Shown here piece by piece: positions 1-9,855 of a stretch of 64,000 nt of DNA (position 1 is its first letter; every line of letters starts with the position of its first letter). The notes under the pieces are model-generated. The model did no database searches. It had not been told where the DNA came from and worked only from the letters and a program-made list of their open reading frames with translations. The stretch covers positions 1-64,000 of IMG/VR virus record IMGVR_UViG_3300033074_001499; one strand, 5' to 3'. The translations under genes and the position numbers were made by a program. The DNA comes from a virus (lineage: Duplodnaviria; Caudoviricetes).

Positions 1-81
1 ACTTACAACGACAACACCAAAAAACAAGCTGCATATGATGCTCTTGAAGCCCTGAACATCAACGTTCTAACCACTAATTAA
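1..81 (+). CDS. 3' end of probable head decoration protein (partial)
   Basis: Open frame TYNDNTKKQAAYDALEALNINVLTTN* ending just upstream of the major capsid gene; identity inferred from position. Confidence 0.6.
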   Translation, partial: TYNDNTKKQAAYDALEALNINVLTTN

Positions 82-99
82 TAACAAGGAATAACTGGT

Positions 100-1137
100 A
101 TGCCGATTATCCGCGATTTTACTAATCCTTTTAACATTGCTGACTGGACTCAGGAGCTTCTGATTGTTCCTAACCAGTATGGTAAAATTCAACAAATGGG
201 TCTGTTCCAATCAGAATCCGTTGCCACTAACACTGTAACTTTTGAGCAAATCAATCAGTCTATTGGCCTGATCGGTGATCGTCCTCGTGGTGAACGTAAC
301 AACGTTTCCAAAGACTACACCCGTCTGATCCGCAGCTATGCTCTCCCTCACTTCCCTCTTGATGACGCAATTAAACCTGAAGATATTCAAGGTAAGAGCG
401 CATACGGCGGTTCTGGTGCAGGTATCCCTGAAGTTCTGGATCAAGTTCGTGCTCGTAAACTAGAACGTATTCGTCGTTCCCATGCACAAACTCTAGAGAC
501 TGCTCGTGTTAAACTGATCACCACTGGTGATGTTTATGCGCCTAACGGCACTATTGCTGGTAACTTCTACACTGATTTTGGTGTAACTCGTAAAGAAGTT
601 GACTTTGATCTGGATACCAGCACTACTGAAGTTCTTCTAAAAGTTGAAGAAGTTGTTGCTCATATCCAAGACAACATCAAATCTGGTGAAATGGTAAATG
701 AAGTTGTAGCTTTCTGCTCTCCTGAATTTTTCAGCAAGCTGATCACCCATCCTTCCGTTAAAGCTGCTTATCAATACTACATGAGCACACAAGAGCCTCT
801 GCGTCGGGGTGGTCGTGAACTTGGTAGTGCTGGTGGTCTTGATCGTGAGTTTGTTTGCGGTGCAATCCGCTTCATGGAATATCGTGGTTTTGCTCCAGAC
901 GGCACCCGTTTCATTCCTGCAAACGATGCTTATTTTGTTCCGATGGGTACTACTGAAATCTTCAAGACCTATTTTGGCCCTGCCAACCGTTTTGAATTCA
1001 CCAACACTCTTGGTATGGAAGCCTATGTGTTTGAATATCGCAATCAAACCGATACTGAAATTCTGCTTCAGTCTGAATCTAACTTCCTGAACATTGTACG
1101 TCGTCCTGATGTGCTGGTTCGTGGTTACACTGGTTAA
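100..1137 (+). CDS. Major capsid protein (HK97 fold, lambda gpE-like)
   Basis: 345 aa; gpE-like motifs (LPHFPLDDAIKPEDIQG, PANRFEFTNTLG, LLQSESNFLNIVRRP); strong codon bias; followed by a hairpin. Confidence 0.92.
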   Translation: MPIIRDFTNPFNIADWTQELLIVPNQYGKIQQMGLFQSESVATNTVTFEQINQSIGLIGDRPRGERNNVSKDYTRLIRSYALPHFPLDDAIKPEDIQGKSAYGGSGAGIPEVLDQVRARKLERIRRSHAQTLETARVKLITTGDVYAPNGTIAGNFYTDFGVTRKEVDFDLDTSTTEVLLKVEEVVAHIQDNIKSGEMVNEVVAFCSPEFFSKLITHPSVKAAYQYYMSTQEPLRRGGRELGSAGGLDREFVCGAIRFMEYRGFAPDGTRFIPANDAYFVPMGTTEIFKTYFGPANRFEFTNTLGMEAYVFEYRNQTDTEILLQSESNFLNIVRRPDVLVRGYTG

Positions 1138-1147
1138 TTAAATCCAC

Positions 1148-1180
1148 AGGGAAAGGGAGGGTAACACCTCCCTGTTTCCT
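1148..1180 (+). terminator. Stem-loop downstream of capsid gene (terminator or stabiliser)
   Basis: GGAAA-GGGAGG gtaaca CCTCCC-tgTTTCC inverted repeat. Confidence 0.55.
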
Positions 1181-1197
1181 TATATAAGGAGTCCCGA

Positions 1198-1644
1198 ATG
1201 GCTTTAACAGATGTTGAAAAAGTAAGAATTCTAATTGGGGATGTTCCTAATAGTCCGTTCTACCAATTATTTTCTGATGATGAAATACAAGCTTTTTTAG
1301 ATATGTCCGGTGGTAATGTCTTGCAAGCCGCAAGAAAAGCAGCAATTGCTGCTTCAATGCAATTGGCAGGATATAATATCCGCGAAAGGACTGGTGACAT
1401 AGAGGTGTGGAACTCTCTTTCCACTCAATATCTAAAAGCTTTAGATAACCTAATCAAAGATGTATCTTCCGCAACACTTCCTAATGGATTAATGCCTTAT
1501 GCTGCTGGTATTAGTTGGGCTGATGTTAAAACAAATAACAATAATCCGGATAATGTTCGTTCCCCATTGAGTTTAGTGAAAGTATGTGATGAGCAAGGAT
1601 TATTTTTTGCTGATCCTTTTGGGTGTGAGTGTTCAAATGCTTAG
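1198..1644 (+). CDS. Head-tail adaptor protein
   Basis: 148 aa starting LTDVEKVRILIGD...LFSDDEIQAFL, typical adaptor N-terminus; follows the capsid gene. Confidence 0.7.
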   Translation: MALTDVEKVRILIGDVPNSPFYQLFSDDEIQAFLDMSGGNVLQAARKAAIAASMQLAGYNIRERTGDIEVWNSLSTQYLKALDNLIKDVSSATLPNGLMPYAAGISWADVKTNNNNPDNVRSPLSLVKVCDEQGLFFADPFGCECSNA

Positions 1645-2008
1645 TCCTCAATTTTTGCTTACTAAAAAATTACCTTTTATTATTATCAGGAAAACCCAAG
1701 GAAGTAGAAATGAGTGGGGTGAAGCTGTCCCAGGTATTGAAACAGAAGTGGTTGTAGAAGGTAATTTACAACCTATGGGTAGTAAGGAAATTCTGCAACT
1801 TCCCGAATCTGAACGTACAAAAGAGTGGTATAAGTTTTATACATCTCAAGAAATTAGAACTTTAAAAGAAGGGTTTGGTGGTTGGCAAGCTGATGAAATT
1901 ATTATTGACGGCAGCCGCTTCCGCTTCATGAAAGTTAAAAAATATTCTATGGGGATTCTCGATCACTATCGCGGTGATTGTGCAAGAGTTCCAAGTACAC
2001 CAAACTGA
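1637..2008 (+). CDS. Head closure protein
   Basis: Start moved to ATG 1637 (MLSPQFLL); GxW motif and LQLPESERTKEW; neck module position. Confidence 0.6.
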   Translation: MLSPQFLLTKKLPFIIIRKTQGSRNEWGEAVPGIETEVVVEGNLQPMGSKEILQLPESERTKEWYKFYTSQEIRTLKEGFGGWQADEIIIDGSRFRFMKVKKYSMGILDHYRGDCARVPSTPN

Positions 2009-2016
2009 GGTGAGTA

Positions 2017-2481
2017 ATGTTTGAAATAAAACTCACCAAAGAAAGAGATTTATGGTCTCAACTTTCTAAGATAGAAAACAGTAATCTTGTTTCTAAAACT
2101 GGATTCTTCCCTGAATCTGTTTACGGCTCAGAGAATGACAATTTACCTGTTGCTCAAGTTGCTCAATGGAACGAAGAGGGAACTGAAACAAACCCTGTAC
2201 GTCCATTCATGCGAATTGGATTTGGTTTAAGAATTGAAAGAGGCGAGTATGATAGACTTTTCAATGAGAGTATTGGTCGTATTTTAGACGGAAGAAGTTC
2301 TTTCGTCCAAGAGTATAGGTTTATTGGGAATATTTTTGAAAGGGATATGAAGAAGGTGATTGCAGATTGGAACACTCCACCTAACAGTCCTAGAACGATT
2401 GAAGAAAAAGGATTCAACGATCCTCTGGTGGATAGTCGAACAATGCTTTCTGAAGTTAAATCTAAAGTGGAGAGAGACTAA
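2017..2481 (+). CDS. Neck/tail completion protein
   Basis: AQWNEEGT..NPVRPFMR and PPNSPRTIEEKGFNDPLVDS motifs typical of myovirus neck proteins. Confidence 0.65.
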   Translation: MFEIKLTKERDLWSQLSKIENSNLVSKTGFFPESVYGSENDNLPVAQVAQWNEEGTETNPVRPFMRIGFGLRIERGEYDRLFNESIGRILDGRSSFVQEYRFIGNIFERDMKKVIADWNTPPNSPRTIEEKGFNDPLVDSRTMLSEVKSKVERD

Positions 2482-3023
2482 TGAATTATGTTCCTATTCG
2501 CAGAGCATTAGTTTCTGCTGGTAAAAAAGCTCTCTTTGCTGAATTCCCCACATCTGAAATTATCGTATCTCATTCAAATCCAGATCAACTTTCAGAACTC
2601 CCGGAAAGTTATGGCGTCATTAATATTCTCTCCATTAGCTCTACAGGTAAGACGGCTATTTCAACAAGAGCTGATGAAGATAGTCAAGTTTCATTACAAG
2701 CTCATTACGAAATTCAAGCTCAATTCAGTTTTATAGGTAGTCAATCTGCCGATATGGCTTTTTGTTTCTATCATAACATTAGTGCAAATCCTGTTGTTTT
2801 TGAGGAATTGTATAAAAGTAAAATAGCCTATCTTCGCAAATCAGATGTTAGACGCGCCCCACAACGAAGGGAAACACAATGGGTTGAGGCATTTAATGTT
2901 GATGCAACATTCAACTTCATCGTGAACTACCAGCAAGTTGTTGATACTGTTGATGCAGTAATTCTACAAGACACAATTAGTGGAGAGATTTATACAGTTC
3001 CTCCAAATATTGTTATTCCATAA
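2481..3023 (+). CDS. Tail terminator/neck protein
   Basis: 180 aa immediately upstream of the sheath gene. Confidence 0.55.
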   Translation: MNYVPIRRALVSAGKKALFAEFPTSEIIVSHSNPDQLSELPESYGVINILSISSTGKTAISTRADEDSQVSLQAHYEIQAQFSFIGSQSADMAFCFYHNISANPVVFEELYKSKIAYLRKSDVRRAPQRRETQWVEAFNVDATFNFIVNYQQVVDTVDAVILQDTISGEIYTVPPNIVIP

Positions 3024-3047
3024 ATCAAGATAATAGGACAATTAAAA

Positions 3048-4337
3048 TTGGCTGAAATCGATAACATTGTACAAATTAATATTAGTCGAGAGTCTACACC
3101 AGTAGCAACGGCTAGTTTTCAAATCCCTTTGATCCTATCAACATTCACTAATTTTGCTGAACGTACTCGTGAATACACTGACTTTGATGCTGTAGCTTCT
3201 GATTTTGATTCTACTGACAAAGTATATCAAATTGCTCAGCGAATCTTCGGTCAAACAGCAGGTATTCGTTTCCGTATTCCGAAAATTGTTGTGGGTCGTC
3301 GTCAAGTAAACGAAGTTACTATTGTTCCAGTAGTTTCCGACAACACTCTTTATCGTGTAACCATCAATGAGGTGGATTACACTTTTACTTCTGGGACTGG
3401 TGCAACTGCTACAACAATCACTGCTGGTCTTGACACAGCTATTGGTACTCCAACTGGTATTAATGCTAGTGCAACTGGTGGTGTTTTGACTGTTGGTAGT
3501 GCCACTCCCGGAGCCAACTGGTCTATTCGTACGTCAAGCAATCTCACTGTCACTTATACTGCTCCAACAGAGACTTGGGTTGAAGCCCTTGATGCTGTAA
3601 GCGAAGACAATAATGATTGGTACGCTCTTGTAGCAGAAAGTCATGCAGATGCTGATATTAAATCTTTGGCAGAAACAATTCAAACTCGTCGTAAGATTTT
3701 TGGTACTTCCACCCAAGATACCGCTGTTCCTACAGCAGCTACCACTGATGTTGGTTCTTACCTGAGCGATACTGGACTAGAACGTACTTTTATCACTTAT
3801 CTTCCAACTGCAAATACTCAATATCCTGAAGCAGCTTGGATTGGTAGTCAACTTGCAGCAACTCCCGGATCAAACGACTGGGATAAAAAACAAGGTAGCC
3901 TGATTACTGTTAGTAAACTAACCGACACTCAACGTGCTAATCTGCGTGAGAAAAATGTCAACATGTTTACCAAAGTTGCCGGAGTGAATATTTTCCAAGA
4001 CGGCAATACTTGCAAAGGTTCTCCTATCGATGAAGTAATTTTTATCGATTGGCTTTATGCTCGTCTGCAAGAAGGTATCTACTTCCGTCTGATTAATAGT
4101 CCAAAAATTCTGATGACAGACCCCGGACTAGTGAGTATTGAGAACGAAATTCGTAGTGTCCTTTCTCTTGCTCAAGCCAATGGTGCAATTGATGCTGGTT
4201 GGACTGTTCAGACTCCAAGTGTTCTTAGTATTCCTGAGAATCAGCGCGCTCAGCGTATTGCAGGCACATTTAAATTCCGCGCTCGTCTTGCTGGTTCAGT
4301 GAGAAAAGTAGTGGTGGAAGGGACGCTCAGCGTATAA
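3048..4337 (+). CDS. Contractile tail sheath protein
   Basis: 429 aa, TTG start; IDNIVQINISRE N-terminus, IDEVIFIDWL and ARLAGSVRKVVVEG C-terminus. Confidence 0.9.
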   Translation: MAEIDNIVQINISRESTPVATASFQIPLILSTFTNFAERTREYTDFDAVASDFDSTDKVYQIAQRIFGQTAGIRFRIPKIVVGRRQVNEVTIVPVVSDNTLYRVTINEVDYTFTSGTGATATTITAGLDTAIGTPTGINASATGGVLTVGSATPGANWSIRTSSNLTVTYTAPTETWVEALDAVSEDNNDWYALVAESHADADIKSLAETIQTRRKIFGTSTQDTAVPTAATTDVGSYLSDTGLERTFITYLPTANTQYPEAAWIGSQLAATPGSNDWDKKQGSLITVSKLTDTQRANLREKNVNMFTKVAGVNIFQDGNTCKGSPIDEVIFIDWLYARLQEGIYFRLINSPKILMTDPGLVSIENEIRSVLSLAQANGAIDAGWTVQTPSVLSIPENQRAQRIAGTFKFRARLAGSVRKVVVEGTLSV

Positions 4338-4350
4338 AGGAGCCTAGAAT

Positions 4351-4881
4351 ATGTCAAATTTAATCGGTAACTACGCACCAGATGATTTCGCGATTGTTAT
4401 CACTGTTGCTGGAAAAACCCATCGAATCACCGGCTTTGCTGCTGGTACGTTTGTAAACATGGAACGTCTTATCCCAACTTCTGAACCATATCAGGGTGTT
4501 GGCGATGACGCATTTGGTCGTGTTAAGCGTCGTGTAACAGCTATGAACGTGGGTATTACTCTTCACCAGTATTCCCCTTCAAACACTGTTCTTCAGCAGA
4601 TTCAACTTGCTGATGCTCGTACACCGGGTAACGAATATGTGTTTAGCTGCACCATGAAAGATACCAGTGGTCAAACTGTTGCTTCTTCAAACAACGCAAT
4701 TATTGCAGGGCCACCTACAGTAGATTTTTCAGATACCACTGAAACTCGCACTTGGCAGATTTTCATGTTCGGAAGTGATCTGTTTATTGGTGGCAACATG
4801 TTTCTTGATGAGCCCAATGTTGACATTGTGGAATCTCTCGGCGGTGTTGTCGAAGATCGCTGGAAACTCTCTAGCCGCTAA
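4351..4881 (+). CDS. Tail tube protein
   Basis: YAPDDF...ITGFAAGTFV motif; follows sheath; followed by a terminator. Confidence 0.8.
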   Translation: MSNLIGNYAPDDFAIVITVAGKTHRITGFAAGTFVNMERLIPTSEPYQGVGDDAFGRVKRRVTAMNVGITLHQYSPSNTVLQQIQLADARTPGNEYVFSCTMKDTSGQTVASSNNAIIAGPPTVDFSDTTETRTWQIFMFGSDLFIGGNMFLDEPNVDIVESLGGVVEDRWKLSSR

Positions 4882-4891
4882 AACAATCAGA

Positions 4892-4916
4892 GGGGTCGCA
4901 AGGCCCCTTTTATTTT
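4892..4916 (+). terminator. Rho-independent terminator
   Basis: GGGGTC-GCAA-GGCCCC followed by TTTTATTTT. Confidence 0.8.
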
Positions 4917-4928
4917 CAGGGGTAACAA

Positions 4929-5435
4929 ATGGCTGATCCTTTTAACTATTGTCCTGATGATGTAAATGTTCTAGTCGCTGGTCTCATTTCCCTGAAAGGT
5001 TTTGTTGATGGAACATTTGTAAATATCTCAAAAGATATTGATTCTTTTGTAGCTAAAAGAACACCTGATGGAACAGTAGCAAGAATTTATAATAACGATA
5101 ACACGTATACATTACGTGTAACACTGCATAATGGCAGTGAGTCAAATGATCTTCTCACTAAAATGTGGCAATTAGATCAAATTACAAAAGGAAGAGGGAA
5201 ATTTCCCATCTTCGTTAAAGATTTAAGTGGGACAGATTTAATGTTCTCTCTCACCGCCTGGGTTGAATCCCCTCCAGACATGGTTAAAAGTGCTAGTGTA
5301 GATGGGAGAACTTGGGTAATTCGTTGTACAGAATGCGTGATTAACTACGGCAGTAATACAGAACCTAGCTCAATTCTTAATGATATCGTTAACATTGCAA
5401 CATCTGCTCTTCCTGCATTGGATGGTATTCTATGA
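4929..5435 (+). CDS. Tail tube-like protein (paralog 2)
   Basis: YCPDDVNVLVAG...LKGFVDGTFV aligns by eye to the tube N-terminus. Confidence 0.65.
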   Translation: MADPFNYCPDDVNVLVAGLISLKGFVDGTFVNISKDIDSFVAKRTPDGTVARIYNNDNTYTLRVTLHNGSESNDLLTKMWQLDQITKGRGKFPIFVKDLSGTDLMFSLTAWVESPPDMVKSASVDGRTWVIRCTECVINYGSNTEPSSILNDIVNIATSALPALDGIL

Positions 5436-5896
5436 CAGATATTTTTACATACAGTCCACAAGATGTTGTTTTGGTTGTAGCAGGTTATCAAGTAAAAGGT
5501 TGGGAAAGTGTTCTGATTAAAAGGAACAAACAAGGCTTTCTTCCTGTTGACGGTATTCGTGGAACAAATACAAGGGTTAGGAACAGAAATACATCTTGTA
5601 CACTGATTGTTCCAATTCTGCAAACACAACAAGCCAATGATGTTTTTTCAAGGATTCATGAACTTGATCTTGAAAACGGAACGGGAAGACTTGAACTCAC
5701 CTTAACTGACAAAGGTGGTAACAGTGTGTTTTCAAGCACTGAAGCTTTTATCACATCTTATCCAGAAACAGTTTATTCTGGAGATTTAGAATACAGAGCT
5801 TGGACAATCTACTGCAACACTTCACAATTTTATGTTGGCTCAAATGCCAACCCTTCTTTTAGTCTTTTTAGCAATCTTTTTAGTAATATTATCTGA
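5432..5896 (+). CDS. Tail tube-like protein (paralog 3)
   Basis: YSPQDVVLVVAGYQVKGW; same family motif. Confidence 0.6.
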   Translation: MTDIFTYSPQDVVLVVAGYQVKGWESVLIKRNKQGFLPVDGIRGTNTRVRNRNTSCTLIVPILQTQQANDVFSRIHELDLENGTGRLELTLTDKGGNSVFSSTEAFITSYPETVYSGDLEYRAWTIYCNTSQFYVGSNANPSFSLFSNLFSNII

Positions 5897-5907
5897 GGAA
5901 TTTAACA

Positions 5908-6225
5908 ATGTCTAATCTAGTAAACATTCTAGAATCAGAAGAAAAAGAAATTGATGGTAAGCCGTACACTCTACATGCTTGGCCTGCAACTTTTGCTCTT
6001 GATTTCCTAGAAGCACAACAAGAAAACCTTGAAAAAGGTAAATCAGAACTTTCTCTGATGAAAGAAATTATCATTAAAAGTGTGACAGTTGGCAATGACA
6101 TGTTCACTTCTGCAAGTTTTGATAAACATTTCTCTCGTAAAACAAAACACATGACTCGTGTGTATGAGACCGTACTGGAATATAATCTAGGCGATCTTTT
6201 TACTCAACCCGATTCCGAAGAATAA
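5908..6225 (+). CDS. Tail assembly chaperone (G-like)
   Basis: 105 aa directly upstream of the tape measure gene. Confidence 0.75.
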   Translation: MSNLVNILESEEKEIDGKPYTLHAWPATFALDFLEAQQENLEKGKSELSLMKEIIIKSVTVGNDMFTSASFDKHFSRKTKHMTRVYETVLEYNLGDLFTQPDSEE

Positions 6226-6485
6226 ATAAAGAAGAGTCGGGTAAAGACAAACTTAAAACACCATTACAAAAAGAAATTGAAGACAAATACTCTCAACATT
6301 GGCAAATCTATAGATTGGCTGTGCATGAAAAAGGAGGTCTTCATATGGTGTGTGATCTTGAAACAAAGATCAGTTATAAACAAATGAATAAAATGCTGGA
6401 AATCTTAGACGTTTACGATTCTCTTAAAGAAGAAGCATATGAGAAAGCTAAGAGAGAGGCCGAGAAAAACAATCCAAAGAGCTAA
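6201..6485 (+). CDS. Tail assembly chaperone extension (T-like, -1 frame)
   Basis: -1 frame is open 6186-6485 (...EIEDKYSQHWQIYRLAVHEKGG...NNPKS*); slippery T CTT TTT plus downstream stem; absent from the ORF track. Confidence 0.65.
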   Translation, partial: YSTRFRRINKEESGKDKLKTPLQKEIEDKYSQHWQIYRLAVHEKGGLHMVCDLETKISYKQMNKMLEILDVYDSLKEEAYEKAKREAEKNNPKS

Positions 6486-6513
6486 ATTTTTAGCTTTCTT
6501 ATGAGGAAAATAA

Positions 6514-8741
6514 ATGGCTACAGCTATTACGATAAGAAAGTATACAGTTGATGTTTCTTATAAAATTAATAGAAATTCTGTAAGAAATATTGATAGGTCT
6601 TTTAGAGATTTTGAGAAAAAACTAAGACAGCTTACAAGACGATTAAACAGAGGAATCAGTTTAAATATTGATAGATTTACTATTGATAGACGTAGACTGA
6701 ACATGGCTCTTGGTGATGCTCTTGATGCTGCATCTGGCCGTCTAGCTTTTGAAATCAGCAGATTCGTTGTCAATGATCGAAATCTCCAAGCCTCTTTACT
6801 AAGAGCTTCTAGACGTGTTGGTCGAAATCTAAATCCTCCTAACAATAGACCGCCAAATAACCCTCCACCGCCTCCCCCAAACCCTCAACAACGAAATCCT
6901 CGCGTAATGGGCGGAACTGGGGCAACAAGAGCAGGTGGAACAGCAGGTTTAGCTGCAAGAGCTTATCTTCCTCTTCTTGGATTAGCTGGTGGAGGATATG
7001 GACTTGCTCAGCTTAATCAACGAAATCAACAAGTAGTATCTGCTCAGCTGCAATCTCAAGCTGTAGTTCAACAAGCAGGTGGAACACAAGCTCAAGGTGC
7101 CCAGTCATTTGAATATCTTCGTAGAGAAGCAGATAGAATTGGTTTTGATTATCTACAAGCATCAGGAGATTACAACAAACTAATTTCAGGTTTGACTGGT
7201 GCTGGAGTTGGCTTGGGTGAAAGTCAGAAAGTGTTCTCTGGTTTTGCTGAACTTGCTCGTGTAAATAAACTTGATAAAGTAACACAAAATAGGCTCTTCA
7301 GAGCTTTGAGCCAAGTGGCAGGTAAAGGTAAGCTTCAAGCCGAAGAGCTAAAATGTTAGGCTCGCTATGTAGAAATGCATAGAAAAATTAACCTCTCTAA
7401 TTCGGTGAAACTCCTGATAGGACAATACCGAGCGAAGCCTCTTTTAGAGGAACGTGTAACGACTATCCCGCAAGGGAGTACACTCAAGTGAGTGGAAACG
7501 GGAGGGAAGTAAACAGGTAATGCTGAACTTTAAGATATAGTCTCATCTTATAGGAAACTATAAGCAGTTCATAAGAGAACGGGGAGGGAAGTAACGAATC
7601 CTCCTGAAGATAATGTACAGGTCAAATTGCCGAAGCTCTCCCCGGTGGTACTGCTTTGTTTGCAGAAGCGTATCAAAGACAAATTGGTGGAGATAAAACA
7701 GGACAAGAAGCTATTTCTGCTCTGATGGAAGCAATGAAAAAAGGACAAGTTAAAGGCAGTGTCCTTACTTATGCTGGTCAACTTGCCTCCGAAAGAGCTA
7801 ACGCCGGTGGTGCATTAGGTTCTGCTTCTCAGGCATCTCAAGCAGAACAAGCAAGATTTCAAAATAGAATTTCTGATCTAGCAATTGTTGCTTCAAGCAG
7901 TGGATTAGAGTCTGGTTTTGCACGACTGTTCAGGGCACTGAATGATGGTTTGAAAGAAGCAAACCCAATGGTTGAATCTCTTGCTCGTGGATTTGATACA
8001 GCAAGTAAATACGTCAGTGGATTAATTCTTTCTGTTCAATCCCTCCAAAGATTTTTTCAGGGGAGGGATAGTTTTCTTGGCGATAAGTTGTTCCCAACAG
8101 AAGAAAGTCAAGCAAAGGCATTTGAGGCTTTTTCTAAACTGAAATCTGTCATGGAAGAGATGGATAAGTTATCCTCCAATATTTACAATGGGTGGAACAA
8201 CCTATTTCAATTGATTGATAATAGCACAGTGCTTAGTAAGCTGAATGACACATTATCTTTCTTAGGTAATTCTGCAAACGTTCTGAATAAATTCGCAGAA
8301 GGTGATTATTCAGATGCTGTAAGTTCTGCTAAGTCTGCTGGTAAACGATTTGTAAATACAATCACCACACCGGGGCGTATTGGAGCTAATGCTGTTATTT
8401 CAGCAGCAACAAAAGGAATTGCAGCGCTTGACCCTAGAGTTACGGCAGATCAAGTTACTCCTTTCCAGTTTGGCAAGCCTTTCGATGACGTTCGTTCTGA
8501 TTACGATTGGCGTACAGATTATAAAGCAGAACAAGCAAGATTAGCTGCTCAAACCAGAAATCAATATCCGTTGCCTGGGATCAACCAACCACTTGTCCCA
8601 GGACAAAAAGCAATTGATCTTTCAATTAAAATGGATGTTAAAATTGATGCTGCAAACCCCGAAGACTTTGGTAACAAATTCCAAGAGCATCTGAGAGACC
8701 TAACAAAAGCAACACTACTTCAATTTCCAGTAGGAGAGTAA
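6514..8741 (+). CDS. Tape measure protein, two exons join(6514..7349,7616..8741), 653 aa after splicing
   Basis: Removing the intron restores the frame and the conserved motif GKGKLQAEEL|TGQIAEALPGG. Confidence 0.88.
7350..7615 (+). ncRNA. Group I self-splicing intron (266 nt, no ORF, subgroup IA-like)
   Basis: P1 GAGCU/GGCUC with U.G at the 5' splice site; P3 CCUCUC/GGGAGG; P4 UUCGGU/ACCGAG; P7 GACUA/UAGUC; P7.1 and P7.2; P9 CUUAUAG-GAAA-CUAUAAG; terminal G at 7615. Confidence 0.92.
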
Positions 8742-8742
8742 T

Positions 8743-9525
8743 ATGTCCTTAGCCCTTCGCTGGGGTGAAGATGATAAAGACGAGGGTGGCTTCATTTATT
8801 TGAATGCCACCACACTTTACACCCAAAGTTATACTGGTCAAGTTACAAAACACCCTATTGACAAAGGTGGTAATATAACTGATCACTTTATCAAAAACAA
8901 TCCTGTATTTACAGTTTCTGGTGTCATCACTGGAGATGACATTAACACAAGTAGTTATTTGATTCAAGATTTAGTTGGTAATTCCCCATTTAATGTGGAT
9001 CAAGCCCCTACAGCAGTGAATGTTGAATCTACTGATCTTGGTGTTCTTTCTAATTTCATCCCAACAAGCATTGGTCAATTTCTTCCAAGTGTTGATCCTA
9101 CAGTAGTTATGGATGGACAAAGAGCTGATCTTCTTGAACAAATCAGAGAAGCCTTAATCAATTTGATCAGTGGTGTTAAATATGATGAAAAGATAGGTCA
9201 ATTTAACAGTAATATCCAACTTGTAAGATTGTTTGAATATGATGGTGTTAATTTAAAACGTATTCTAAATAATCTTGTTATTACTTCAATTACTTTCAAA
9301 GAAGACCCTAACACAGGGTATGCTCTTTATCCAGATTTCACTTTTGAACAAGTGACATTTGCTTCCCTTAAGAAAACTAAAATTCCAAAAGATGTAGTGA
9401 ATGCTCTTAAGAAGAAAGCTGCTACAAAAGAATCTAAAGGTAAACAAGACAGCACAGTGAATTCAGGTAATAATCCTCCAAAAACAGATGAAGACCCTCT
9501 TAAAAAGGTGGCTAATGAGATATGA
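8743..9525 (+). CDS. Baseplate/tail tube initiator protein
   Basis: VTKHPIDKGGNITDH motif; follows the tape measure gene. Confidence 0.65.
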   Translation: MSLALRWGEDDKDEGGFIYLNATTLYTQSYTGQVTKHPIDKGGNITDHFIKNNPVFTVSGVITGDDINTSSYLIQDLVGNSPFNVDQAPTAVNVESTDLGVLSNFIPTSIGQFLPSVDPTVVMDGQRADLLEQIREALINLISGVKYDEKIGQFNSNIQLVRLFEYDGVNLKRILNNLVITSITFKEDPNTGYALYPDFTFEQVTFASLKKTKIPKDVVNALKKKAATKESKGKQDSTVNSGNNPPKTDEDPLKKVANEI

Positions 9526-9854
9526 TTAATTATGTAAATATCCCACTGTTTTCCGACCCTTTTTACGATTATTCAATCTCCCTGGAGGGTAATTCATATA
9601 TTGTCCAATTCACTTATAATGAGCGCTCTAGGCTCTATTCTTTATCACTTTTTGATGCTGATTATAATGCAATTGTAAATGGTTGTGCTGTAGTCCCTAA
9701 TTATCCAATTATGAAAGATTATGCCATAGAAAATCTTAGTGGGTTTTTCTGGATGGAACCAAAGAGTGATTTAGTGATTGATAGTTATGAAGAATATCCA
9801 GATCAAATAGATCAGTTTTATAATATGTACTATATTTATGTAACAGAGGGTTAA
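9522..9854 (+). CDS. Baseplate protein
   Basis: 110 aa, YSISLEGNSY...YNER motif; baseplate module position. Confidence 0.55.
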   Translation: MINYVNIPLFSDPFYDYSISLEGNSYIVQFTYNERSRLYSLSLFDADYNAIVNGCAVVPNYPIMKDYAIENLSGFFWMEPKSDLVIDSYEEYPDQIDQFYNMYYIYVTEG

Positions 9855-9855
9855 T

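Noticed and set aside
6838-6900. Pro/Asn-rich low-complexity repeat in TMP exon 1
   Set aside because: Short linker-type low complexity with no regular DNA repeat unit
7350-7655. TMP split read as a sequencing error, pseudogene or two separate genes
   Set aside because: The insert has a complete group I core, and its precise removal restores the frame and the conserved motif
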